Part shown: positions 27,289-37,378 of the stretch, piece by piece
How the letters are laid out: every line of letters starts with the position of its first letter
Position numbering within the stretch: the stretch's first letter is position 1
Assembly: GCA_035371305.1 (NCBI GenBank)
Contig: DAOOWN010000003.1
Coordinates: 2,801-66,800 of the forward strand
Reading direction: 5' to 3'
Source: Bacteroidales bacterium
GTDB lineage: Bacteria; Bacteroidota; Bacteroidia; Bacteroidales; GWA2-32-17
Length of the DNA: 64,000 nt
Program-made: the position numbers and the translations under genes
The notes under the pieces: model-generated
The model's input: only the letters and a program-made list of their open reading frames with translations
What the model was told of the DNA's origin: nothing
Database searches by the model: none

Positions 27289-29882
27289 GAAAACTATATA
27301 TTCTTTTAGCCCTTTTATTTGTGAGCACAAGCTGTGTTTTTTCACAAACATATTTATGGAAAAAACATTTTACCGGAACAGGTCAAAATGTCCCATTGCT
27401 TATGGTAAATGATAATAGTGGTAACATTTACATAGCCGGAAATTTTAATGGTTCCATTACGCACGATTCGTATAGTTTTACAACCAATGGCTTGCAAGAC
27501 ATGTTTTTGGCAAAATATTCTTCCTCCGGCTCTATTATTTGGATAAAACAATTAGGTGGTGCCGGTACCGAAAATATCTATGGCTTAGCATTAAGTCCTG
27601 ACCAAAAATATGTGTACATCGGTTTTACATTTAACGGAACTACCGATATTGACGGATGGCAACTTTCGGCAGAAGGAAACGACGTTGCTGTTGCTAAATT
27701 TACTAATCTGGGAGAATTGGATATGGTTTTCCCTATTGCAACCGGTGCAGAGCATCAAATAAACGGAAATCTTTCTATTGATGCTGAAAACAACGTATTA
27801 GTGTTGATTAATTTTATAAATCAAGCCGATATTGCCGGGGGTGTAGAAAAATGTTTTGCAAATGAATATTCAAATCGTCAAAATGTGTTGGTCAAAACCG
27901 ACGAATGGGGAAATTATATATGGCACCGCATGTTTGAAACAACCTCTTCGTTAACGTACTTTAGAACAGTTACAACTTTTGGTAACGATATTTATATTTC
28001 CGGTGTTTTTTCAAGTTCCGTTTCTTTTTTAAATCAAACTGTTAATAGTTCAAACACCCAAAGAGATGGTATTTTGGTGAAATTAAACAGTAATGGCGAA
28101 GATCAGTGGGCAAGACGAATAATGGGTGTCGGAAACGACATTTTTATTTATCGTCATAGTTTTGATAATAATGGAAACATTTATGTAGCAGGTTATTTTA
28201 AATGCAGCCAATTATCCTTAGATTCAACGGATACAAATCTTTCTAGATTAAATCCAACTAATACAAGTACAAATAATGATATGCTCTTGGCAAAATACAA
28301 TACCGACGGGACATTACAATGGGTAAAAACAAAGGGCAGCAGCGGTGACGATAAACTTTATAATATTGTTGCAACTACATCTAATTATGCTGCGGTGGGC
28401 TCGTATGGCGGCCCCATAAGCGATTTGAATTTGACGCAAAAGGGGTTAATTGATGCGTGCATCCTTATGGGGAATGCAACAACAGGACAAATAAATTCAG
28501 CATCGGCTGCCAAAGGAACATTGAATGATTATGCTTGGGCTTGTTTAATAAGCTCAACAGGAAGAAGTTATCATTATATGGGCGAGTTTGCATCGAGCAA
28601 ATTATATTTTGGCTCAGATTCTTTAATAAATGCTCGAGTGAATTACCGCGATGGATTTTTGTTTAAAGTTGGCTGTTTTGACGATATTGTTTTTACTGCT
28701 TCAAATGTATCTTGTCCAGGCGGAAGCAATGGAAGTATAACAGCTACACCCACTACCGGCAATGAACCATATACATATGCTTGGTCAACCGGGGCTACCA
28801 CACAAACAATCAGCAATTTAACTGCGGGTACATATAGCGTTACGGTTAGCGGGTCAAATGGATGTACGCTTACAAAATCATATAATTTAACAGAAAATCC
28901 GGGACTTTCAAGTACTTATACCAAAACGGATCCATGTCCGGGAGGAACGGATGGCAGTATTACTGCATATCCACAAAATGGCAATCCTCCTTATACCTAT
29001 CTTTGGTCGTATCAGAGCAAAACTACACAAACAATAACCGGCTTGCCTGCAAACACTTACTATTGCACCATTCGTGATGCATGTCCTGCTTCGGTTGTGA
29101 TTACTGTTACTTTAGCTAATCCTCCTGCTTTAGCCATAACATTAAGTTCTACTCCTTCAAGTTATTGTACTACAACTAATTCCGGTTCGGTAACGGTAAG
29201 TCCTTCAGGTGGCCGCCCTCCTTATTCGTATGTATGGAGAAAAAGCTCCCCAACTGGTACTATTGTTGGATATACTCAAACCGTTTATAATTTAGGGCAG
29301 GCTACATATTATGCTTCTGTAACTGACGGATGTAATGCAACAAAAACTGGTTCTGTTGGAGTTGGGAAAAAGGCATATACATTAACCCCAAGTAGCAACT
29401 GTACTCAGCCAGGTCAATGTACCGGTTGGGCACAAATAGATGTTAGTGCTGGCGATCCTCCATACACATACTTATGGAGCGATCCGGCTCATCAAACCAC
29501 TCAAAGAGCTGTTGGTTTATGTTATAGCACCTTAGGATATACGGTTACGGTTACCGACAATTATAATTGCACTAAAATATATCCAAGTATTAGAATTTAT
29601 AATTGCTCAAAATCGCCCATTGAAGAACCTGTTGATATTAATGTGTCTGTTTTTCCAAATCCGGCTAACAACTTTTTACATGTGTTTATTAATTCCGAAG
29701 AAAACCCGTATCATAGCATTGAATTATATAATGCTGCCGGTCAATTAGTTTTTGAAAAACCATTGACAAATGAAGAAAACGAAATAAATATTAATACTAC
29801 AAAATGGTTAGAAGGAGTATATATGATACGAATGGTGGGCAATGAAAACGTATATTCTAAAACTTTTGTAATAAAACGTTAA
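27285..29882 (+). CDS. Large secreted protein: SBBP-like beta-propeller repeats, SprB-type repeats, T9SS type A C-terminal domain
   Basis: 865 aa with signal peptide MRKLYILLALLFVSTSCVFSQ. Repeated N.YI.G.F.G motifs are followed by five C.G..GSIT....G..PYTY.W modules. The C-terminal domain is VSVFPNPANNFLHV...GVYMIRMVGNENVYSKTFVIKR. The ATG overlaps the cyclase stop (ATGA, 27285-27288). Confidence 0.75.
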   Translation: MRKLYILLALLFVSTSCVFSQTYLWKKHFTGTGQNVPLLMVNDNSGNIYIAGNFNGSITHDSYSFTTNGLQDMFLAKYSSSGSIIWIKQLGGAGTENIYGLALSPDQKYVYIGFTFNGTTDIDGWQLSAEGNDVAVAKFTNLGELDMVFPIATGAEHQINGNLSIDAENNVLVLINFINQADIAGGVEKCFANEYSNRQNVLVKTDEWGNYIWHRMFETTSSLTYFRTVTTFGNDIYISGVFSSSVSFLNQTVNSSNTQRDGILVKLNSNGEDQWARRIMGVGNDIFIYRHSFDNNGNIYVAGYFKCSQLSLDSTDTNLSRLNPTNTSTNNDMLLAKYNTDGTLQWVKTKGSSGDDKLYNIVATTSNYAAVGSYGGPISDLNLTQKGLIDACILMGNATTGQINSASAAKGTLNDYAWACLISSTGRSYHYMGEFASSKLYFGSDSLINARVNYRDGFLFKVGCFDDIVFTASNVSCPGGSNGSITATPTTGNEPYTYAWSTGATTQTISNLTAGTYSVTVSGSNGCTLTKSYNLTENPGLSSTYTKTDPCPGGTDGSITAYPQNGNPPYTYLWSYQSKTTQTITGLPANTYYCTIRDACPASVVITVTLANPPALAITLSSTPSSYCTTTNSGSVTVSPSGGRPPYSYVWRKSSPTGTIVGYTQTVYNLGQATYYASVTDGCNATKTGSVGVGKKAYTLTPSSNCTQPGQCTGWAQIDVSAGDPPYTYLWSDPAHQTTQRAVGLCYSTLGYTVTVTDNYNCTKIYPSIRIYNCSKSPIEEPVDINVSVFPNPANNFLHVFINSEENPYHSIELYNAAGQLVFEKPLTNEENEININTTKWLEGVYMIRMVGNENVYSKTFVIKR
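28690..29590 (+). repeat. Coding tandem repeats (about 5 SprB-type modules of about 70-75 aa)
   Basis: Recurrent CPGG(S/T)(N/D)GSITA.P..GN.PYTY.WS....TQTI..L.A.TY module in the translated sequence. Confidence 0.7.
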
Positions 29883-29912
29883 AAATCTTTTGTCAATTAA
29901 AAATAATTATTG

Positions 29913-29920
29913 TACCTTTG
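29913..29920 (+). promoter_or_regulatory. Candidate -7 box (TAnnTTTG) with upstream TTTG (-33-like) for rpmH
   Basis: TACCTTTG lies 26 nt upstream of the rpmH ATG. A TTTTG at 29888-29892 sits about 20 nt upstream of the box. Confidence 0.5.
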
Positions 29921-29946
29921 CATTCCATTTTTAAAGACTTGGTTTT

Positions 29947-30102
29947 ATGAAAAGAACATTTCAACCTTCGAATCGTCGTCGTAAAAATAAACATGGTTTC
30001 CGCGAACGCATGTCAACACACAATGGTCGCAGAGTATTAGCTGCTCGTCGTGCAAAAGGACGTAAAAAATTAACCGTAAGCGATGAATTAAAAGGAAAAT
30101 AA
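29947..30102 (+). CDS. rpmH: 50S ribosomal protein L34
   Basis: Hand translation gives [51 protein letters not shown] (51 aa). This is the classic L34 sequence. It falls below the ORF-track length cut-off. Confidence 0.93.
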   Translation: MKRTFQPSNRRRKNKHGFRERMSTHNGRRVLAARRAKGRKKLTVSDELKGK

Positions 30103-30126
30103 TTTATTGACCTCCTTGTATAACTT

Positions 30127-30164
30127 AAAAGTAAAGGGTACATTTGTATCCTTTACTTTTTTGT
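30127..30164 (+). terminator. Rho-independent terminator after rpmH
   Basis: 10-bp stem GTAAAGGGTA / TATCCTTTAC (one G-U pair), 6-nt loop, then a T-tract. Confidence 0.7.
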
Positions 30165-30172
30165 TTAATATA

Positions 30173-31255
30173 ATGGACATCAAAAAAAAAGAAATAAGCG
30201 TATTAAAAAGTTGTTTGAGCGGACACAGACTATCGGTAAATGATGCACTTTTTTTATATAAGCATGCTTCGCTTGCAGGGTTAATTCAAGCTGCATTTAA
30301 ATATAAATACCAATTATACGGCAAAAAGGTTTTTTATATTCAAAACGTTCATGTAGAACCCACCAATTATTGTGTGTATAAGTGTAAGTTTTGTTCGTTT
30401 CACAAAGAACCAAACGAGCAAAATTTTTGGGAAGACAATATAAAACAAATTATAGAAAATATTTCTAAACTCCCCAAAACAATTAAAGAAATCCATATAA
30501 CCGGAGGAGTTCATCCACATCGCGATCTATATTGGTATATTCGTTTACTGAAACAAATTAAGGAAATCGTACCGGCTGCTCAAATTAAGGCTTTTACAGC
30601 TATTGAGATTCATTACATGTGCAAAAAAGCCAACGTGTCGATTGGCGAAGGATTGTTGATGCTTAAAAAAGCCGGTTTAGATTCGCTTGCAGGTGGAGGA
30701 GCAGAAATTTTTAATTCAGAAATTCGGAATCAACTTTGTCCCGAAAAAGGCAATGCTTCGTTGTGGTTAAATGTTCATAAAGAAGCACATAAATTAGGAA
30801 TTATATCGAATGCGACCATGCTATATGGGCATATTGAAAATATGGAACATCGAATTGAGCATATGGCAATAATTAGAGCCTTGCAAGATGAAACGAATGG
30901 TTTCAACTGCTTTATTCCGTTAAAATTCAGAAATCAACAAAACCCGTTATCTGAAATAAAAGAGCTTCCATTTTTAGAGGATGTTCGTTTGTTTGCTATA
31001 AGTCGTCTGTTTTTCGATACTATTCCTCACATTAAAGCCTATTGGCCAATGATTGGGCGCGATAAGGCTGCCGTATTATTAAATACAGGTGCCGATGATT
31101 TGGATGGAACCATATACGACAGCACCAAAATATACACCCTGGCCGGAAGCGAAGAACAAAAACCGATGATTAGTGTAGAAGACTTAAAAGCGCTTATACT
31201 AAACGAGAAATTTATTCCGGTTGAGCGTGATTTATTTTACAAAGAATTGTCGTAA
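30173..31255 (+). CDS. Radical SAM enzyme of the futalosine menaquinone pathway (MqnC/MqnE family)
   Basis: The ATG at 30173 (MDIKKKEISV) lies just after the terminator. It has the CxxxCxxC cluster CVYKCKFCSF and a C-terminal ...GADDLDGTI motif typical of the CofH/MqnC/MqnE group. I cannot tell MqnC from MqnE by eye. Confidence 0.65.
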   Translation: MDIKKKEISVLKSCLSGHRLSVNDALFLYKHASLAGLIQAAFKYKYQLYGKKVFYIQNVHVEPTNYCVYKCKFCSFHKEPNEQNFWEDNIKQIIENISKLPKTIKEIHITGGVHPHRDLYWYIRLLKQIKEIVPAAQIKAFTAIEIHYMCKKANVSIGEGLLMLKKAGLDSLAGGGAEIFNSEIRNQLCPEKGNASLWLNVHKEAHKLGIISNATMLYGHIENMEHRIEHMAIIRALQDETNGFNCFIPLKFRNQQNPLSEIKELPFLEDVRLFAISRLFFDTIPHIKAYWPMIGRDKAAVLLNTGADDLDGTIYDSTKIYTLAGSEEQKPMISVEDLKALILNEKFIPVERDLFYKELS

Positions 31256-31307
31256 TTTTGTAATCAACCTTTTAAATAAAAACATCGTCTTAAAAAAAAA
31301 TGTGTAT

Positions 31308-32939
31308 ATGAGAAATATAGTTTTTAGCTTAGTGTTATTGTCGATATTAACTTCTTGCATAAAAGATTATTTTGATTTCGACAAGCTTTCCAATCACGTT
31401 GACTGGAACCCAAATATGGCAGCACCTGCTGTACACAGTAAATTGACATTAAGAGATTTGTTGCAAGATTATGATGTGCAACACTTATTTGTCGAAGACA
31501 CTTCGCATTTTTTATATCTTATTTATAACAAGCAAGTATTTTCGCTGCCGGCTGCTCAGTATGTTCAAATTCCGAATCAATCGTTGTCTCAATCTTTTTC
31601 GGCAAACGACTTTACTTCGCAAGGATTTCCTGCAACCAGTCCTGTTATTGTTAATAAAACCATCCAATATACCTTACAAATACAATTGCCGACGGATGCC
31701 ATTGATAGTATGATTTTTAAATCGGGTAACTTTCAGTTGAATTTTAATTCTTCTTTTAATCATACCGGCTTATTAACCGTTACTTTTCCAACAATACGTA
31801 AAAATGGTTTACCGTATTCAAAAACGGTAAATATAAACACATCCAATGGTTTTAATTATTCCAACACATTCAACGATTTGGTTGATTATCAATTTACAAC
31901 TCCAACATCAAATCAATTGGTTTGCGAAGTCAGTTTGGCCTTAACCAATGCAGGCAATCCTGTACAGCCAACCGACCAGGCCCAAGTAAATATGAGCTTT
32001 ACCGACTTAAATTATAAACTTATATATGGTTATTTTGGTAATCGAGTGATTCCCGTTCAGGAAGATACGGTAAATGTTGAAATTTTTAATAATGCACTTA
32101 ACGGTCAGTTGTACTTCATGGATCCCAAAATAAGATTTAATTTATACAATTCGTTTGGCGTTCCGCTTGGGGCAACTTTTACTGATTTTAAAATATATTC
32201 TTCGAGCGATCAGTCTTATCATTCGTATTCTATTCCTTCACAATATAACCCATTAGTTGTGAATGCGCCAACCATTCCCGGTGATTTTAGAATGACAAAT
32301 ATACAATTGGATACAAATAATTTCCCCGTAATACGAGATATTATCTACAATAACCCGCGCTATTTCTATCTAAAAACGGCTGCCATGATGAATCCGCCTT
32401 CAACCAGCCAATACAATTTTTTAACCGATACAAGCAGGTTTTCTGTCAATTTAGAAGTGGAATTACCTCTTTGGGGACGTTCAACAAAATGGGTATTACA
32501 AGATACGGCAGAGTTTGATTTTTCAGAATATTATAAAGATTCTACCGTCGATTTAAACAATATTGAATACGTTCGCTTTAATATTAACATGTTAAATGCA
32601 ATGCCAACCGAAGCAGGCGTTCAGTTGTATTTTACCGACTCGCTATATCATGTTATTGATTCCATGTTTACTCCGCAAAATATGGAAATCATTCAAAGCG
32701 GTATAATAAACGGATATGGAAAAGTAATCCAACCGACTCGAAAAAATACATTAGTAACCTACACCGGAAATAGATTAGCCGGATTGGTTGATGTTAAAAA
32801 GATTTTGATACGTGGCTATGTAAATACATACAACCATGGTAACACTAACGTTCGTTTTTATTCAGACAATTACCTTGATGTGAAACTGGGTGTTCAGGTT
32901 CAGGCAAAAATTAATACACAAACAGATTTAGGTAAATAG
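31308..32939 (+). CDS. Hypothetical lipoprotein
   Basis: ATG at 31308 and lipobox LLSILTSC. 543 aa, N/T/S-rich, with no family I recognise. Confidence 0.5.
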   Translation: MRNIVFSLVLLSILTSCIKDYFDFDKLSNHVDWNPNMAAPAVHSKLTLRDLLQDYDVQHLFVEDTSHFLYLIYNKQVFSLPAAQYVQIPNQSLSQSFSANDFTSQGFPATSPVIVNKTIQYTLQIQLPTDAIDSMIFKSGNFQLNFNSSFNHTGLLTVTFPTIRKNGLPYSKTVNINTSNGFNYSNTFNDLVDYQFTTPTSNQLVCEVSLALTNAGNPVQPTDQAQVNMSFTDLNYKLIYGYFGNRVIPVQEDTVNVEIFNNALNGQLYFMDPKIRFNLYNSFGVPLGATFTDFKIYSSSDQSYHSYSIPSQYNPLVVNAPTIPGDFRMTNIQLDTNNFPVIRDIIYNNPRYFYLKTAAMMNPPSTSQYNFLTDTSRFSVNLEVELPLWGRSTKWVLQDTAEFDFSEYYKDSTVDLNNIEYVRFNINMLNAMPTEAGVQLYFTDSLYHVIDSMFTPQNMEIIQSGIINGYGKVIQPTRKNTLVTYTGNRLAGLVDVKKILIRGYVNTYNHGNTNVRFYSDNYLDVKLGVQVQAKINTQTDLGK

Positions 32940-32951
32940 GAGGAAACGGTT

Positions 32952-34424
32952 ATGAAAAGAATAGTTTTAATTATAGCAGCGTTTTATTTGTCATTTAGCC
33001 TATATGCTCAACAAAATCAAACCTTATATTTTATGTCTGTGCCTCAGGCAAATATTACCAATCCTGCTTTATACGGGCCATGTAAGCTTACCATCAGCGG
33101 CTTGCTGATTCCCGTTTCGGGTCAACTTATGCCACCGCTTTATTTAAACTATAACAATAATGGTTTTTCGTACAAGCAGTTTATTCATCACGGAAATGGT
33201 TTAATGTCCGATTCGCTTATATTCGATTTCCCGAATTTGATTGATAAAATGCGGAGAGTTAATTATCTTAGTTTTGAGACTCACATCCCATGGATTAATG
33301 TGAGTTATATTTGGCGTAATTGGTATTTTAGCTTTGGTGTTAACGAGAGAATCAATGCCATGCTGAGCCTTCCTAAAGATTTAGTTGTTTTGGCGTGGGA
33401 GGGAAATGGAAAATCGTTATTAGGACAGGATGCGTTTTTAAATTTTTTAGGAGCTAATATTAATTGGCATCGGGAGTATGCAATAGGTGCAGCAACAAGT
33501 ATTAACAGTAAATGGACTGTAGGAGCCAGAGCAAAACTTTTGTTTGGAAAAGCAAATTTGTGGTTTAAAAACAATCAATTGACATGGAATACAAACAAAG
33601 ACGATTTTTCATATACGTTTGATGCCGATATGGAAGTGCATTCGAGTCAGCCTTTTTTTGATATTACAAAATTCCAATACGATGATGTAAACGATTCGCT
33701 CATGTTTGAAATGGATACATTAATCAATATGGATAATGTCGATTTTAATACCATTAAAAAACAAGTAATATTTAACGCCAAAAACAAAGGTGTAGCTCTT
33801 GATTTGGGAGCCAAATACATTTTTAATAATAAAATTACACTGTATGGAAGTTTATTGGATGTTGGTTTTATCCGTTACAAACAAAATGCCGATGGTTTAA
33901 AAGCAAAAGGGAATTTTTATTTTGACGGATGGGATATTCAACCCTATTTTCAAAAGGACGATTCGGTTATTAAAGCCCATGCCGATGCTTTTCGCGATTC
34001 TGTCATTAAATTATTTGATCCGACTTTAATTAACAAAACGTATAATTATTGGTTGCCCTCGCGTTTATATTTAGGCGGCACCTATCAGCTTACCGAAAAG
34101 TATAATGTAGGTGCGTTGTTTCGCGGTGAGTTTTATTTAAAAAGAATTCACGCTGCTTTAACTTTAAGTGGCAATGCTAAGTTTACAAAATGGCTGAGTA
34201 CTTCGGTAAGTTATACCGTTCAAAATAATTCGTTTACCAATGTTGGTCTTGGTTTTGCAATGAAGTTTGGTTTTTATCAATGGTATATGGTAAGCGATAA
34301 TGTTATGGGATTTATTTGGCCTCAATCTTCGCGTAATTTTAACTTGAGAATGGGATTAAACATGATTTTTGGTTGCAAGAAAAAAGAAAACAGCACCATG
34401 TTGAATACAAACTTTGTTCAATAA
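32952..34424 (+). CDS. Hypothetical outer-membrane protein with PorP/SprF-like N-terminal motif
   Basis: 490 aa. The signal peptide ends ...SLYAQQNQTLYFMSVPQANITNPALYG, which resembles the Q..Y.Q...NPA start of PorP/SprF proteins. Alternating beta-strand-like composition. Confidence 0.45.
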   Translation: MKRIVLIIAAFYLSFSLYAQQNQTLYFMSVPQANITNPALYGPCKLTISGLLIPVSGQLMPPLYLNYNNNGFSYKQFIHHGNGLMSDSLIFDFPNLIDKMRRVNYLSFETHIPWINVSYIWRNWYFSFGVNERINAMLSLPKDLVVLAWEGNGKSLLGQDAFLNFLGANINWHREYAIGAATSINSKWTVGARAKLLFGKANLWFKNNQLTWNTNKDDFSYTFDADMEVHSSQPFFDITKFQYDDVNDSLMFEMDTLINMDNVDFNTIKKQVIFNAKNKGVALDLGAKYIFNNKITLYGSLLDVGFIRYKQNADGLKAKGNFYFDGWDIQPYFQKDDSVIKAHADAFRDSVIKLFDPTLINKTYNYWLPSRLYLGGTYQLTEKYNVGALFRGEFYLKRIHAALTLSGNAKFTKWLSTSVSYTVQNNSFTNVGLGFAMKFGFYQWYMVSDNVMGFIWPQSSRNFNLRMGLNMIFGCKKKENSTMLNTNFVQ

Positions 34425-34471
34425 ACATAAAAAGCGAAAAAAAAGTATTAAATAATTTCCTGTCAATTAAA

Positions 34472-34503
34472 GGGCTGTCTCAAAAGGGCAGCCTCATTTT
34501 TTC
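34472..34503 (+). terminator. Rho-independent terminator candidate
   Basis: GGGCTGTCT / GGGCAGCCT stem (with G-U pairs) followed by TTTTTT. Confidence 0.5.
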
Positions 34504-34756
34504 TATATATTTCGTTGCATTAGATCGTCTTCTAAAAGTGGGTAAAAATTTTTATACTCATGTGCAAAAAAGTTTACAAAAAATAAATCTTCATTTGGTG
34601 ATTATTAAAATATTTTTGTATTTTAGCACAAAAAATATGTGTAATTCGTTTCTATAAAAACATGCACAATACATTTCTTTTAGGGCGTATATATATACTT
34701 TTTTATAGTGCAAGGTGCATATATAAACGAGTTGAAAATAATTTAAAACAGAACAT

Positions 34757-35416
34757 ATGAAAAACAAAAAAAATCAACTTTTAGTTTTAACATTGCTCGT
34801 AATATCTTGCATGTTTGGTTGCAAGAAAGATGAAAGCATACCGAACAACAACCCTACCAACACAATTACGACATCATATGATACAATTTTTCCATTAGAC
34901 TATTTTCCTGTATTTCCTGGTTCATATTGGAAGTATGTGGATTCCAACAACGACACAACCATAATCAAGACGGATTCTTCATACCAAAAAGATTATTACA
35001 CAATAGGGTCTGCTGCTTATATGTCTGACACTTTTTTTGTTCCAGTATATAATCAGATACCCATTTGGGGTTATGAAGCTCATACAGGTCCGATATCGAA
35101 TTCTGGCTCATCTCCTCTAACAAGGATATTGTCGGACTCACTACCTGTGGGGAGTAGTTGGGTAATTTACTCCTGGTCAGGAACACAAGTAAGCAGAAAA
35201 ATTATTGCGAAGGATACGACCATCACAATTTCATCTAATTCATACTACCCAACAATTGTTGTTGAAGAATATTACTCTTATGGGCCGCCATATTATATTT
35301 GGATAGCAAAAAGGTATTACACAAAAAACATTGGAATAATAAGAGAAGACTTATACAATAGCACAGACTCAACAATAAACACTAAACAAATCATTGACTA
35401 CTATATAAACAATTGA
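34757..35416 (+). CDS. Hypothetical lipoprotein
   Basis: 219 aa with signal/lipobox LLVISCMFGC. No recognisable family. Confidence 0.5.
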   Translation: MKNKKNQLLVLTLLVISCMFGCKKDESIPNNNPTNTITTSYDTIFPLDYFPVFPGSYWKYVDSNNDTTIIKTDSSYQKDYYTIGSAAYMSDTFFVPVYNQIPIWGYEAHTGPISNSGSSPLTRILSDSLPVGSSWVIYSWSGTQVSRKIIAKDTTITISSNSYYPTIVVEEYYSYGPPYYIWIAKRYYTKNIGIIREDLYNSTDSTINTKQIIDYYINN

Positions 35417-35739
35417 TTGTCTGTGCATAATAACAAACAATGCTCAACGCAAGTTTTGCGTTAGGCGGAGTAACTCGGTGAATTGTAATTGTGTATGCAA
35501 ATTATAAGTTTCGTGTCTCGATATGCGTAATTCAGTGCTTGTTAATTCCGAAGTGTTGCTACCGCCACTGCCGGTTAGCTGTAAACCGTTAGCGTTCGTT
35601 GCTATATAATCAAAGAATAATAAAGGAAAATTTGCTGCAAAAGACAAGAGAAAAAAGCAAACAGACCTGTGGGGTTACACTACGAATTACATATGTCCTC
35701 ATTTCTATACTTATAATTTGCTTTTTCCCGATGGTAGAA

Positions 35740-35766
35740 ATAAAAAAGGGCTGCCTCGGCAGCCCT
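35740..35766 (-). terminator. Rho-independent terminator of gdhA
   Basis: Perfect GGGCTGC / GCAGCCC stem (35748-35765) with a CTCG loop. It is followed on the minus strand by TTTTTTATTT. Confidence 0.8.
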
Positions 35767-35795
35767 TCATAACTAATTTAAAACAAGTTTATTTA

Positions 35796-37145
<1,350 letters not shown>

Positions 37146-37161
37146 TTATTGTTTAGTGGTG

Positions 37162-37169
37162 CAAAACTA
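37162..37169 (-). promoter_or_regulatory. Candidate -7 box (TAnnTTTG) for gdhA
   Basis: The minus strand reads TAGTTTTG, 29 nt upstream of the start at 37133. Confidence 0.4.
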
Positions 37170-37347
37170 TTGCTATTATTCACTTAAAAAAATGAATACT
37201 ATCATAAAAAAATGATGTCAAAAAACATAAAATTATGTAATATGCAGAAAAACAACACAATAGAAAGATTGATATAGCCATTTATTCAAACGAATGTTGT
37301 TTTAAAACATCATGATATTTTTCAATATTATTGAGTTAAAAAATCAA

Positions 37348-37355
37348 TACCTTTG
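37348..37355 (+). promoter_or_regulatory. Candidate -7 box (TAnnTTTG) for the Crp-family gene
   Basis: The TACCTTTG box ends at the track's GTG start (37355). This argues that the real start is the ATG at 37379. Confidence 0.4.
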
Positions 37356-37378
37356 TGCAAAACTTTATTTGTACGGCT

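Noticed and set aside
28690-29590. Repeated ~220-bp units here and at 61000-63900, considered as CRISPR or other non-coding repeats
   Set aside because: The units are in-frame protein repeats (SprB-type modules) with diverged DNA. There are no short identical direct repeats separated by unique spacers anywhere in the window.
34373-34657. 94-aa ORF running from the end of the outer-membrane protein gene through the intergenic region
   Set aside because: It starts inside the preceding gene, crosses a terminator hairpin (34472-34503) and has a low-complexity sequence.
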